IMG/VR virus record: IMGVR_UViG_3300045049_000070
Span: 1-64,000 of that record
Strand: one strand, 5' to 3'
Length of the DNA stretch: 64,000 nt
DNA from: a virus
This document shows, piece by piece, positions 1 to 8,312 of the stretch. Numbering within the stretch: position 1 is the first letter of the stretch; each line of letters starts with the position of its first letter. The translations under genes and the position numbers were made by a program. Under the pieces are notes generated by a model. That model saw nothing but the letters and a program-made list of their open reading frames with translations, ran no database searches and was not told the DNA's origin.

Positions 1-1
1 T

Positions 2-133
2 TATGATCCATGGGAAGACCCTAGGATTGAAAATGAGCCCTGCGATGGTTGCAATGGTACTGGCAAAGACCTGTACTTCGTTGAGAAACAGCACGCACAT
101 CACACAAATCCAAGAGCAAAGGAAAGACTATGA
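2..133 (+). CDS. 3' end of hypothetical protein with a CxxCxGxG (DnaJ-type Zn finger) motif, truncated by the window edge
   Basis: Frame from position 2 reads YDPWEDPRIENEPCDGCNGTGKDL...KERL*; its stop overlaps the ATG at 130. Confidence 0.5.
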   Translation, partial: YDPWEDPRIENEPCDGCNGTGKDLYFVEKQHAHHTNPRAKERL

Positions 134-321
134 AGTCGTTTGAACTTCCTCAACCTGAGTGCGAGGATGATTACGCGTTCATGCCTAACTACGATCAAAA
201 CCCGATGGTGCCACTGGAGGTAACTCCGCCTTCAGTGGCAACCACAAGGAGAAACGATCGTGGAAAGATTCAATCGCGCGGAGAGACGCGCACAAACAGT
301 GAGGCTGAAGGCCAAGCGTAA
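130..321 (+). CDS. hypothetical protein
   Basis: ATGA coupling with the upstream stop, but overlaps the next ORF by about 60 nt. Confidence 0.35.
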   Translation: MKSFELPQPECEDDYAFMPNYDQNPMVPLEVTPPSVATTRRNDRGKIQSRGETRTNSEAEGQA

Positions 322-538
322 AACCTACTGGGGATATCCTCAGAGATTTGGAACGTGCGGATATCCTCCGCACTCTCCTGAAGGAATGTCCCCTCGCCAA
401 CTTGGAATGGTTTCGCAAACTCCTCATCCGTGCTCATGCGCTCTCGGATGTGGAAATGCTAGAGCATTCTACGGACGTACTTTGAAGGAAATTGTTCATA
501 TGATCGAAGAAAAGGAGGGCATCATGTTACTTCGTTAG
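260..538 (+). CDS. small basic protein with CSC..CGN.R motif
   Basis: AAGGAG RBS upstream of the GTG; Arg/Lys-rich N-terminus; PCSCALGCGNAR. Confidence 0.6.
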   Translation: MERFNRAERRAQTVRLKAKRKTYWGYPQRFGTCGYPPHSPEGMSPRQLGMVSQTPHPCSCALGCGNARAFYGRTLKEIVHMIEEKEGIMLLR

Positions 539-556
539 ATAATACTAGGAGTAACG

Positions 557-910
557 ATGTCCAGAACTTACCGCCGCATCCGCGGCGACATGCATCATCG
601 CGGCGGATACACCGAGTTCCGTGAATACGGGCACTACTTCGACGAGGAGAGCGGCTACTACCGCTCTTGGTCGATTCAGGGTCGTGCACCGGATACGCTG
701 ACTCGCGAGATGATCCTCAACCGCGTGAAGTTCCACATGGATGGGCGTCGCACGATGGGTCAGACACCGACTTGGTGGTGGCACATGACGACCACTGTCC
801 CTGCTCGCCGCGAGGAGCGCGATCTTTGCAAGAAGATCCTGCGCCTCAAGGACTTGGAGGACGCTCCGATCTTCCCGGATCGCAAGCGCCCCAAGGAATG
901 GTACTGGTGA
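557..910 (+). CDS. small basic hypothetical protein (MSRTYRR start)
   Basis: TAGGAG RBS; visibly GC-richer codons than most of the window. Confidence 0.75.
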   Translation: MSRTYRRIRGDMHHRGGYTEFREYGHYFDEESGYYRSWSIQGRAPDTLTREMILNRVKFHMDGRRTMGQTPTWWWHMTTTVPARREERDLCKKILRLKDLEDAPIFPDRKRPKEWYW

Positions 911-912
911 TC

Positions 913-932
913 AGAGGGGCTTCGGCCCCTCT
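913..932 (+). terminator. stable cUUCGg hairpin (terminator or mRNA-stabilising stem)
   Basis: AGAGGGGC-TTCG-GCCCCTCT immediately after the stop at 910; no clear U-tract. Confidence 0.5.
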
Positions 933-971
933 ACTCACATCTTGACTCGCAACCACTTTGCTCTTTCAAAC

Positions 972-1346
972 ATGAACAACGCACTAGTTCCCGTTTCGCC
1001 TCCAGCCACCGACCCCATGAGCATCCACCAGCGCATCCGCCGTGGACAAGCCATCGCCCTGCTCTACATCGCTGCTCAGCATCTCAGTCAAGCTGCGAGC
1101 GACGACGCCTGCCGCCTTATCGAAGAAGCCAATGATCCATGGCAGAACTATGGCTTCAACAAGCAGATGCGGCGTTCTCCTTACATGACCCGTGCCGATG
1201 GACACGGTTCCCATGAGTGGTTCATGCAGAAGGAGTCGCAGGACGCCCGCGACCTTCGCATTGCACGCATGACGACGCCCCATTGGCTGCACACGAAGCC
1301 GGCTCCGGAGAAAGACATCTTCGAACTCATCAAACACGCAACATGA
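972..1346 (+). CDS. hypothetical protein
   Basis: ORF 942..1346, start moved to the ATG at 972; coupled to the next gene. Confidence 0.6.
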   Translation: MNNALVPVSPPATDPMSIHQRIRRGQAIALLYIAAQHLSQAASDDACRLIEEANDPWQNYGFNKQMRRSPYMTRADGHGSHEWFMQKESQDARDLRIARMTTPHWLHTKPAPEKDIFELIKHAT

Positions 1347-1639
1347 AGCTGCATCTTTCGTCCGACAAGGACAAGTCCGATACAGAGGCGTTGATCGCCA
1401 AACTGAACGAAGTCATGAGGACGGCTACCGTCAGAGGTGATCTGGCCCTGTTGGCCGTGGCGGTGTTCAGTGGCGAGTACGCTGCTGACCAAATCACCGT
1501 GATTCCCAAGAACGCAGGCAAAGCCGAACGTGAAACAGTGATTCGCGAGAACAAGCTCAAGATGAACTTCTTCGACGACTTTGTTCGAACGGCAAAGGCC
1601 GAGAGGCTGGCCGAAATCGTCCACGAGGTTATCGGATGA
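1343..1639 (+). CDS. hypothetical protein
   Basis: ATGA overlaps at both ends (MKLHLSSDK...). Confidence 0.65.
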   Translation: MKLHLSSDKDKSDTEALIAKLNEVMRTATVRGDLALLAVAVFSGEYAADQITVIPKNAGKAERETVIRENKLKMNFFDDFVRTAKAERLAEIVHEVIG

Positions 1640-2493
1640 GACTGATCTCCAATTTCAAGGACTACTACGATAGTCTGCAGGATCCATCAGATAGGGACCT
1701 GACATATGTCCGTATGAAGAAGTTGCTAGACGCGGACGATCCGGTCACAACAGAAATGAATCTGTATCAGTTCAGCGTACCTGATACCTTTGAATGGAAG
1801 CACGATCGAAAACTTGGGCAAGACTTGGCAGATCTGGTGTCCAAAGAATGGAACAAACAAATCGTGCCTCGATACGAAGATCCGCGCGTAGGTCATGGGT
1901 ACTATACAAGTTACGCGCGATTCCAATGCGTAGTAGTCCTATTCTGCGGAAAGTTGTATCGTGGCATCCGCTACAGCGAGCGCTGGTCTTATTTGGACAA
2001 CAATGTTATTCCAACAAGCTTACGAGGCGATCCTGGAATGGTGAGTCGTGTTTATTGGGATGCAGCCTCTTTTGTTGCCGACTTCCATCAAGTTGACAGG
2101 AGAGGTAAACTCCTAGAAGACGCGAAGTATGTTCGAAGCGGAAACGCAGTATTGACATATTTCCAACCTCAGAACAATCGAGTTTTAATGGACCTCCACT
2201 TCAAGACAGGCTGTCCGGTGATAGGTCTTGAAAAAGACCCCGAGTCTAAAACCGCCCCGCACTGGAGCAAGCGTTTCCATCACGTGGCAGTTTTGAATCC
2301 GAGCCTGCGTGAAATGCAATTCTTTAGAGTCACAGACGTGAACTCTGCATTCCAGGAGCTGTCAATGTTCGTTGGTGGTGTTCTGGCGAACAATGACAAA
2401 CCAGAGTCTGTCGACAACAACTACAAGATTTTGGCACATGGCTTCGATCTTAAGGAAAGCTTTCGTAAAGGACCAACCAAGGAGCACAGATGA
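1636..2493 (+). CDS. hypothetical phage protein
   Basis: 285 aa ORF, coupled on both sides. Confidence 0.8.
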   Translation: MRLISNFKDYYDSLQDPSDRDLTYVRMKKLLDADDPVTTEMNLYQFSVPDTFEWKHDRKLGQDLADLVSKEWNKQIVPRYEDPRVGHGYYTSYARFQCVVVLFCGKLYRGIRYSERWSYLDNNVIPTSLRGDPGMVSRVYWDAASFVADFHQVDRRGKLLEDAKYVRSGNAVLTYFQPQNNRVLMDLHFKTGCPVIGLEKDPESKTAPHWSKRFHHVAVLNPSLREMQFFRVTDVNSAFQELSMFVGGVLANNDKPESVDNNYKILAHGFDLKESFRKGPTKEHR

Positions 2494-3197
2494 CGTTGAA
2501 GCGATACAACATTGGATCTCATGGCAATGAGGTTGAAACTCCGGATGGTAAATACGTAAGAGCTGCAGACTTGGCCGGTCGAGTGGGCGACTTCAATCCT
2601 ACTATTTACTTCATCTCAGCATTTGACGATAACTATATGGAGACTCGTCGTGTCCTTCGTTTAGAAGGAGGGAAGACTGTGCCTCGTTCTACAGTTGTTA
2701 GACACGGTCCTCCTGAAGATAAAAAGTACAGGATTGAGCGACAGCGTGATGATGGTGTAATGCTCTACTACCAAGACACTGGACGATTCGGCTATTGGAC
2801 CAAGAATCCTGAGTGGGCGACTGTTGATGGACTAGCAAAAATGGTCGAAGTCCATAGGTATGTGGAGAAACTGGCCGGGAAGAGAGGATATTACTATCCG
2901 AGTCTCGGATCGAGGACATTTGGGTTCTACTTCAAGAAAGAGCAAGCAATAGCTGCGGTAGAACGTAACCAGTCGGATATGCACGAACGAATGTATACAT
3001 GGATCGTCATCGAACCATACCATACGTGGGGAATCCATCCAATATCTGCAGCTCTTGATACGGAAGGTGACGTAGACGAATCATTGTGGTTCAAATGGGA
3101 AGTAACGGATAGCTCGAAAGAGAACTATTCTGGTAGGTGGGTACGTGCCGAACGTCCTGAAGAAACGAAGCACACAGTTTGTTTTGCAGTTGGATAA
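2490..3197 (+). CDS. hypothetical protein
   Basis: 235 aa ORF, AAGGAG RBS. Confidence 0.8.
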   Translation: MTLKRYNIGSHGNEVETPDGKYVRAADLAGRVGDFNPTIYFISAFDDNYMETRRVLRLEGGKTVPRSTVVRHGPPEDKKYRIERQRDDGVMLYYQDTGRFGYWTKNPEWATVDGLAKMVEVHRYVEKLAGKRGYYYPSLGSRTFGFYFKKEQAIAAVERNQSDMHERMYTWIVIEPYHTWGIHPISAALDTEGDVDESLWFKWEVTDSSKENYSGRWVRAERPEETKHTVCFAVG

Positions 3198-3209
3198 GGA
3201 GAAAGACGG

Positions 3210-3533
3210 ATGTCAATTCGTGATCAGTTTCTAAAAGAATGGGACAACTTTGTACTTGCGTTTACTGGAGCGTTCGATACTCCTGCTGATAGGAAGAAGT
3301 TTGCAGACGATCCTTACGCACAAGATGCTGTTCGCCGCTTCAAGGTCCTTAAGGATATGGTTGATCAACTCCGACAAGCAGGGAAACCTGCACCGTTCCA
3401 ACCCGTCGGAACGGTGGAAAGGTATCTTTCGACTGCTAGCTGTATTCGCTGGTCTGGCATTCCTGTTGAGCACGGTACAGAGTTGTTTGTCCGCCTTGAA
3501 GACATGTTGAAAGCAACTCCAAACAAAGAGTGA
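3210..3533 (+). CDS. hypothetical protein
   Basis: TAAGGAG RBS. Confidence 0.75.
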   Translation: MSIRDQFLKEWDNFVLAFTGAFDTPADRKKFADDPYAQDAVRRFKVLKDMVDQLRQAGKPAPFQPVGTVERYLSTASCIRWSGIPVEHGTELFVRLEDMLKATPNKE

Positions 3534-4009
3534 GGATCACTATGAAAAGCACGATCATCAATACAAAGACTGGTCAGCCAGTTGACATGACTACCAAGAA
3601 GGTAGTGGAGGTTCTTTCTAACATACCTTCCATTTCAGAAGCGGAAGAACGCTGGCGACATGTTGGTCTGGTGGTAGATCGGCTACCAGAAGATAAGATG
3701 GATCGATATGTGGGAATCGATCGTTTACATCCAAACGATATGATTCTTGTTGCGGTCGAAACTGGAGGCCCCACAGACATGTTTAAGAAGCGTGGTGTGT
3801 GGCTTACAGGAATACAACGTAGTCATGCGATCCTGAAAGCACCAAGAGTTGGGGCTGCCATCTCTTACATTGAAACGAAGCCAATGTATGAGATACAAAC
3901 CCTATGGAAGTCTACCGCAGACCAGATCAAGGCATTCGACTTGCTTCGTGACCAGATGCTTGGTGCTCTATCGTTTCTTGGCTATAGGGAGGATGGGAAC
4001 AAGCGATGA
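3530..4009 (+). CDS. hypothetical protein
   Basis: ORF coupled within the operon. Confidence 0.7.
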   Translation: MRITMKSTIINTKTGQPVDMTTKKVVEVLSNIPSISEAEERWRHVGLVVDRLPEDKMDRYVGIDRLHPNDMILVAVETGGPTDMFKKRGVWLTGIQRSHAILKAPRVGAAISYIETKPMYEIQTLWKSTADQIKAFDLLRDQMLGALSFLGYREDGNKR

Positions 4010-4383
4010 GACTTAATGAGTTTTCTTCACCCCATTTCATAGGGTTAACTATCCCTCCACCAAACTGGAAGGCTGTGGCTAAACGGTTCTTCGCGCCTTC
4101 AGTACGCTATATGTCGGATAGTGCTGTGGACGACAGTCGCGAACACCTTGGTTGGTTCTATTTAATACTATCTCAACTGACTGAGGACGAATACATTGAA
4201 TATCACCAAAACGAATCCGATGTCGCAGGTTATGTGACTTTATTACGGATCCATGATTGGCAGTACCAATTCAGTGACGATCAGCAAGTTTGGAAGAAAG
4301 GAAACAACGAAAGGCAAAGGTTAGAAGCACTCCAACGAAAGCTGGACCCCGACCAATCAATCTGGAACCAATTCAAGAGGTGA
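4006..4383 (+). CDS. hypothetical protein
   Basis: Coupled ORF; C-terminal HDWQYQFSDD..VW..G helical motif. Confidence 0.7.
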   Translation: MRLNEFSSPHFIGLTIPPPNWKAVAKRFFAPSVRYMSDSAVDDSREHLGWFYLILSQLTEDEYIEYHQNESDVAGYVTLLRIHDWQYQFSDDQQVWKKGNNERQRLEALQRKLDPDQSIWNQFKR

Positions 4384-4387
4384 AGAT

Positions 4388-4660
4388 ATGAACCAAAAAC
4401 CGCAACAGCAACATCCACATTCAAACAAGAAGCCGCCACAAAAGTTTTGGGCACCGAAATCACTTGAGCAACAATATGCGGAAGGTAAAGCCGCTAGCAT
4501 AAGTCCGGTTGGAACTCATGGCTATTACGAAGCACGTCGAAGACATCTCAATCCAGAACGATACATCAACCTATTGATTCTTTTTGGGCGGGACTTTCCG
4601 AAGCGAATAAAGGGTCGTTCGAAGAGAGGTTGGACGTCCCCTACTAAGCCGGTTCGCTAA
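4388..4660 (+). CDS. small basic hypothetical protein
   Basis: GAGGT RBS. Confidence 0.6.
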   Translation: MNQKPQQQHPHSNKKPPQKFWAPKSLEQQYAEGKAASISPVGTHGYYEARRRHLNPERYINLLILFGRDFPKRIKGRSKRGWTSPTKPVR

Positions 4661-4675
4661 CTAAAAGGATTAATC

Positions 4676-5032
4676 ATGAACAGAAGAGATTTCTTGAAAG
4701 GAATGGCAGTCGCTTCGATTGCTATCACTGCTCCGGCCATAGTTACGTCGAAAGGTATTCGCACTTTCTATGCGCCACATTCACGTATTCCGAAAAACGA
4801 CTTCCGAGACTGGTACACGTACGAGATTTTTGATATCTCTACTGGTCGTGTCTCTTGCACAGAGACACGTTTTAACCAACAACTTGGACGGATCTATCGT
4901 CACGGGTTTGCAAAAGGCGAGATCTCTGTAATCATGGCAATGCGTGCCATCAGACACGAAAGTGACAGGTCGATTTTCTTAATCGATTCCCTTCGTCAAG
5001 GGATTGAAACAATTGAAATTATCACACTGTAA
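4676..5032 (+). CDS. protein with twin-arginine (Tat)-like signal peptide
   Basis: MNRRDFLKG followed by hydrophobic MAVASIAITAPA; AAGGA RBS. Confidence 0.7.
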   Translation: MNRRDFLKGMAVASIAITAPAIVTSKGIRTFYAPHSRIPKNDFRDWYTYEIFDISTGRVSCTETRFNQQLGRIYRHGFAKGEISVIMAMRAIRHESDRSIFLIDSLRQGIETIEIITL

Positions 5033-5035
5033 ATA
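5028..5035 (+). promoter_or_regulatory. putative phage middle-promoter motif TGTAAAT
   Basis: Same motif recurs at about 36715, 43017, 44477 and 51199 (+) and 13232, 14348 (-), each upstream of a gene start. Confidence 0.55.
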
Positions 5036-5092
5036 ATTGGTAAGTGCATACCAGCACAAAACCTTCTCCAACCACTAGTCAGGGGCTGACTT

Positions 5093-6214
5093 ATGAGCAG
5101 ACGAGTAGGTGCCTTACTTGGGCGCTTCGAACCGCGTCATCGCGGACACAATTCGATCATAGAACAGGCAGCACAGAAATGTGATCACTTGTTGGTACTG
5201 ATCGGCTCGGCGAACAGGCCGAGATCACTACGCAACCCGTTCACATACGAAGAGCGATGGGCTGACATGCGTCAGTACTTGAGCGAAAACTTGAAAATCG
5301 GGTTCAGCATCTATCCATTAAACGACTACCGCTATTCGAACCAACAATGGGTGACGGATACGTGCGCAGCAGTCGACCATTTGATGGACACCAATCATCA
5401 ATACTTTGCAGGCTTCGACAGGAAGCCAATCTTGTTTGGACACACAAAGCCAGATACTGGATATCTCCAGGACTTCAAGCTTTGGCCATACGAGGAGCTT
5501 CATTCCGGATGGGATGGGTGTGCTACTGAAATGCGGGACAAGGAATTTTCCTTTGCCGAGATGGGACAAGACAACGTCACATTCTCAGATCACTTGCAGT
5601 TGACAGGACAAGAACTGCATAACTTGCTTGCTGACCGGAAAGCTCTACAAAAAGAAGCAAAAGATTTCGCCACCTATCTATACAAAGACACCCTCCAGTT
5701 CGTGTGCAGTGATGTCGTAGTAGAGTGTGCTGGACATGTGTTGATGATCAAACGGGGCAATAGTCCAGGACTTGGGTGTTGGGCTTGGCCCGGTGGATTC
5801 AAGGAAAACAACGAAACGTTCTACGAGTGTGCTCTAAGAGAACTTCGTCAAGAGACAGGACTACGAATTCCATTACCCGCTTTGATGAGTTCTGCTGTTG
5901 AATTTGAAGGCAACAAGATGCCGGAAGCACAGCTTGTCAACTACAAGATATACGACAGCCCAGACCGCGACATGGGTATACCGAGAATCACGGTTGCCTA
6001 TCATCTGAAAGTACAGCCGAATCGCGATGGCACGATGCCTAAAACAAAGGCACGCGACGATGCTCGTGAGACACAGTGGGTTCCGTTTTACGACTTCCTG
6101 AATCATTACAAATGTCACAGTGATCACCAAGACATCGGCTACGATCTGCTGAACGCGTTTCCGACGCCTGCTCATTTGAATCCTGCGTATCCCAAGTACA
6201 GCAAAACCATCTAG
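5093..6214 (+). CDS. nadM: bifunctional NMN adenylyltransferase / Nudix (ADP-ribose) hydrolase, NadM-Nudix
   Basis: GRFEPRHRGH (HxGH), IGSAN...RNPFT, and Nudix box PGGFKENNETFYECALRELRQETG. Confidence 0.92.
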   Translation: MSRRVGALLGRFEPRHRGHNSIIEQAAQKCDHLLVLIGSANRPRSLRNPFTYEERWADMRQYLSENLKIGFSIYPLNDYRYSNQQWVTDTCAAVDHLMDTNHQYFAGFDRKPILFGHTKPDTGYLQDFKLWPYEELHSGWDGCATEMRDKEFSFAEMGQDNVTFSDHLQLTGQELHNLLADRKALQKEAKDFATYLYKDTLQFVCSDVVVECAGHVLMIKRGNSPGLGCWAWPGGFKENNETFYECALRELRQETGLRIPLPALMSSAVEFEGNKMPEAQLVNYKIYDSPDRDMGIPRITVAYHLKVQPNRDGTMPKTKARDDARETQWVPFYDFLNHYKCHSDHQDIGYDLLNAFPTPAHLNPAYPKYSKTI

Positions 6215-6221
6215 GACATCT

Positions 6222-6419
6222 ATGAAGATAGAAAGATCACACATCTTAGTCAAGAACGGTGTTGACGTACCTCAACGTCAAGTAGTGATGTCTGTGGATG
6301 AAGCCAAACAACTTGCGGAAGAACTAAGACCACACCTAACCGGATTTGTAGTTGGTGAACACAAGAAGTGTGAGCGATTATGCAAACTGGTTGGCGTGCA
6401 TCTCGATCTAGTCAATTAA
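6222..6419 (+). CDS. hypothetical protein
   Basis: TAGGA RBS. Confidence 0.6.
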   Translation: MKIERSHILVKNGVDVPQRQVVMSVDEAKQLAEELRPHLTGFVVGEHKKCERLCKLVGVHLDLVN

Positions 6420-6443
6420 CATCAATCAACTGGAGCAACAAAC

Positions 6444-7001
6444 ATGCAACAAGAAATAGCGCTTGGCTGCGAAGCCAAAGACTTGACGACTGGGCTTAAA
6501 GGTATCATCACAAGTCGCGTCGTTCTCATGAACGGAAACCTACGATTTATCTTGCAACCACCTTGTGCGCCGGGTGCTGACAAGATGCCAGATGGATATG
6601 AAATCGATGCCCAATCATTGGAGTATGTCAGTCAAGGCATCATGAAGAGCGGTATTCCGTGTCCTGCCGACACGGGAATCGAACTTGGAAATGAGTATGA
6701 AGACATCGTATCAGGCACTGTTGGAATTGCTATCGCACGTTACGATAGCATGAATGGATGCGTACGATACGTAATCCAAGGAAAAACCAAGAAAGATGCT
6801 AAGGAGCCAAACGTAGTCTACGTAGACTACTCTCAGCTGAAGCCTACAGGGAAGAACTCAGTCATGACTCATCTGAAGAAGGCAATCGAGAAGGCAAAGA
6901 AGCTGAGTTCCAAAGCTGAAGCAGATTCTATGCCAAAGGCCGCCCGTAGAGTTTCAACCGCCACTCCGGGTGGCCCCACAACGAAAGCACCGAGGTTCTG
7001 A
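6444..7001 (+). CDS. hypothetical protein with two tandem SH3/KOW-like repeats
   Basis: IALGCEAKDLTTGLKGII..MNG vs IELGNEYEDIVSGTVGIA..MNG. Confidence 0.8.
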   Translation: MQQEIALGCEAKDLTTGLKGIITSRVVLMNGNLRFILQPPCAPGADKMPDGYEIDAQSLEYVSQGIMKSGIPCPADTGIELGNEYEDIVSGTVGIAIARYDSMNGCVRYVIQGKTKKDAKEPNVVYVDYSQLKPTGKNSVMTHLKKAIEKAKKLSSKAEADSMPKAARRVSTATPGGPTTKAPRF

Positions 7002-7003
7002 CC

Positions 7004-7834
7004 ATGAATACAGAAAAAGATCTGCATGATTTTGGTGTCGGAGACATCGTACGTTGTGTTCGTCCAATGGGAGAATTTCTCAAGATTGGAAACGAATACA
7101 AGGTCACTTTTATATCGGCTGACGACATTTGTGTTGAGGGCTGGTCTTACAGGTGGGATAGGACACGGTTCACACTAGTAAGAAGAGCAGCAAAGACGTC
7201 AAAGAAGCGAAGAGATCAGTTATCCATGCCAGATGCAATGTCACCGTTCGAGGATCTTTTTGAATCGAAAGAGACAGCTCCGAAGAAATTTCAAGTAGGT
7301 GACATAGTCAGATGTATTGATCTCGACTATGGAAAACGACTCGAGTTAAATCGTGAGTACGAAGTTACGCACATTTCTGGCGATGGTAGTGTTGAGGTCC
7401 ATGGTTTTGAAGGTTTCCACTTCATAAAGAGACGCTTTGAACTCGTCTCTAGAAGGAGCGTTAATATAAACGATTTCATTACTAAGACGGCTAAAAGAAT
7501 TGCAAACGATTTAACGATTCCCGACAATATCCTACAGGATCCCGCACTTGTGTTCCCGTATGAAGTAACGTGGAAAACTGCACAGGAGTTAGAAAATCTT
7601 GCGGTTTGTGTCCTGAAGTCACGTCCAGTAGACGTATCTGTCAACTTAACCTTCAGTGAAGGCCCCAATAAGAATGGTGTTACCTTTGCTAAAGAATTGT
7701 CCTCAGCTACTGAAGCCAAAAAGCCAGTAGTGTTAGCCGCTCCATGTCCGAATGCATTGACGATGACCGAAATGCCGACTGTCTTTGGTCGTAGCGCAGC
7801 CTTGTGGGGTGCTTGCAATGCCTCGCTGGATTGA
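7004..7834 (+). CDS. hypothetical protein with two tandem FxVGDIVRC repeats
   Basis: FGVGDIVRCV..EYKVTFIS..RF.LV vs FQVGDIVRCI..EYEVTHIS..RFELV. Confidence 0.8.
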   Translation: MNTEKDLHDFGVGDIVRCVRPMGEFLKIGNEYKVTFISADDICVEGWSYRWDRTRFTLVRRAAKTSKKRRDQLSMPDAMSPFEDLFESKETAPKKFQVGDIVRCIDLDYGKRLELNREYEVTHISGDGSVEVHGFEGFHFIKRRFELVSRRSVNINDFITKTAKRIANDLTIPDNILQDPALVFPYEVTWKTAQELENLAVCVLKSRPVDVSVNLTFSEGPNKNGVTFAKELSSATEAKKPVVLAAPCPNALTMTEMPTVFGRSAALWGACNASLD

Positions 7835-8246
7835 CAACAAGGTAGAGCGGCCCACGATGACATGGAATGAACGAGTCCTTTTCGAGAAGCTGGGGCGCGA
7901 GATGTACGCGATGACGACGACCGTCCATTCTCCAAACATCCCGTTTGTTGAACAGTGCGAAATGATCCCCGGCATCTGGGAGCATCTTGTGCAGGAGCGC
8001 GACCGCTTACGGGAAATCGCCTCTGGTGTGGAAGGAACCGGAACCCATTCCAGTACAGAATACGAACGCATAACATCGTGGCTCCGCAATCTGGGGAACA
8101 AATACTTAGGTGATGGAATCCATGATGGAATACGTGCATCAACAATACTTGAAGTAATCGAAAGAGAAATTGGTAGCAGGAGACAACATGACAAAACCGA
8201 TTCCGACACAGGCACCACTACGGTTTCGCCTGCTGTGGAGGGCTGA
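7785..8246 (+). CDS. hypothetical protein (start uncertain)
   Basis: ORF filling the operon gap. Confidence 0.55.
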   Translation: MVVAQPCGVLAMPRWIDNKVERPTMTWNERVLFEKLGREMYAMTTTVHSPNIPFVEQCEMIPGIWEHLVQERDRLREIASGVEGTGTHSSTEYERITSWLRNLGNKYLGDGIHDGIRASTILEVIEREIGSRRQHDKTDSDTGTTTVSPAVEG

Positions 8247-8310
8247 AGTCCTCATCAACAATCTGAAGCAGACTTTTCTTTTCTCAACCGGCCATTCGAA
8301 AGGGGCTTGA
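8188..8310 (+). CDS. 40-aa ORF directly upstream of nadV (not in the ORF track)
   Basis: AGGAGA RBS; MTKPIPTQAPLRFRLLWRAEVLINNLKQTFLFSTGHSKGA*; stop 2 nt before the nadV ATG. Confidence 0.45.
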   Translation: MTKPIPTQAPLRFRLLWRAEVLINNLKQTFLFSTGHSKGA

Positions 8311-8312
8311 AA

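Noticed and set aside
7327-8218. Minus-strand ORFs of 272 and 161 aa
   Set aside because: Antisense to a tightly coupled + strand operon, with no recognisable motifs.
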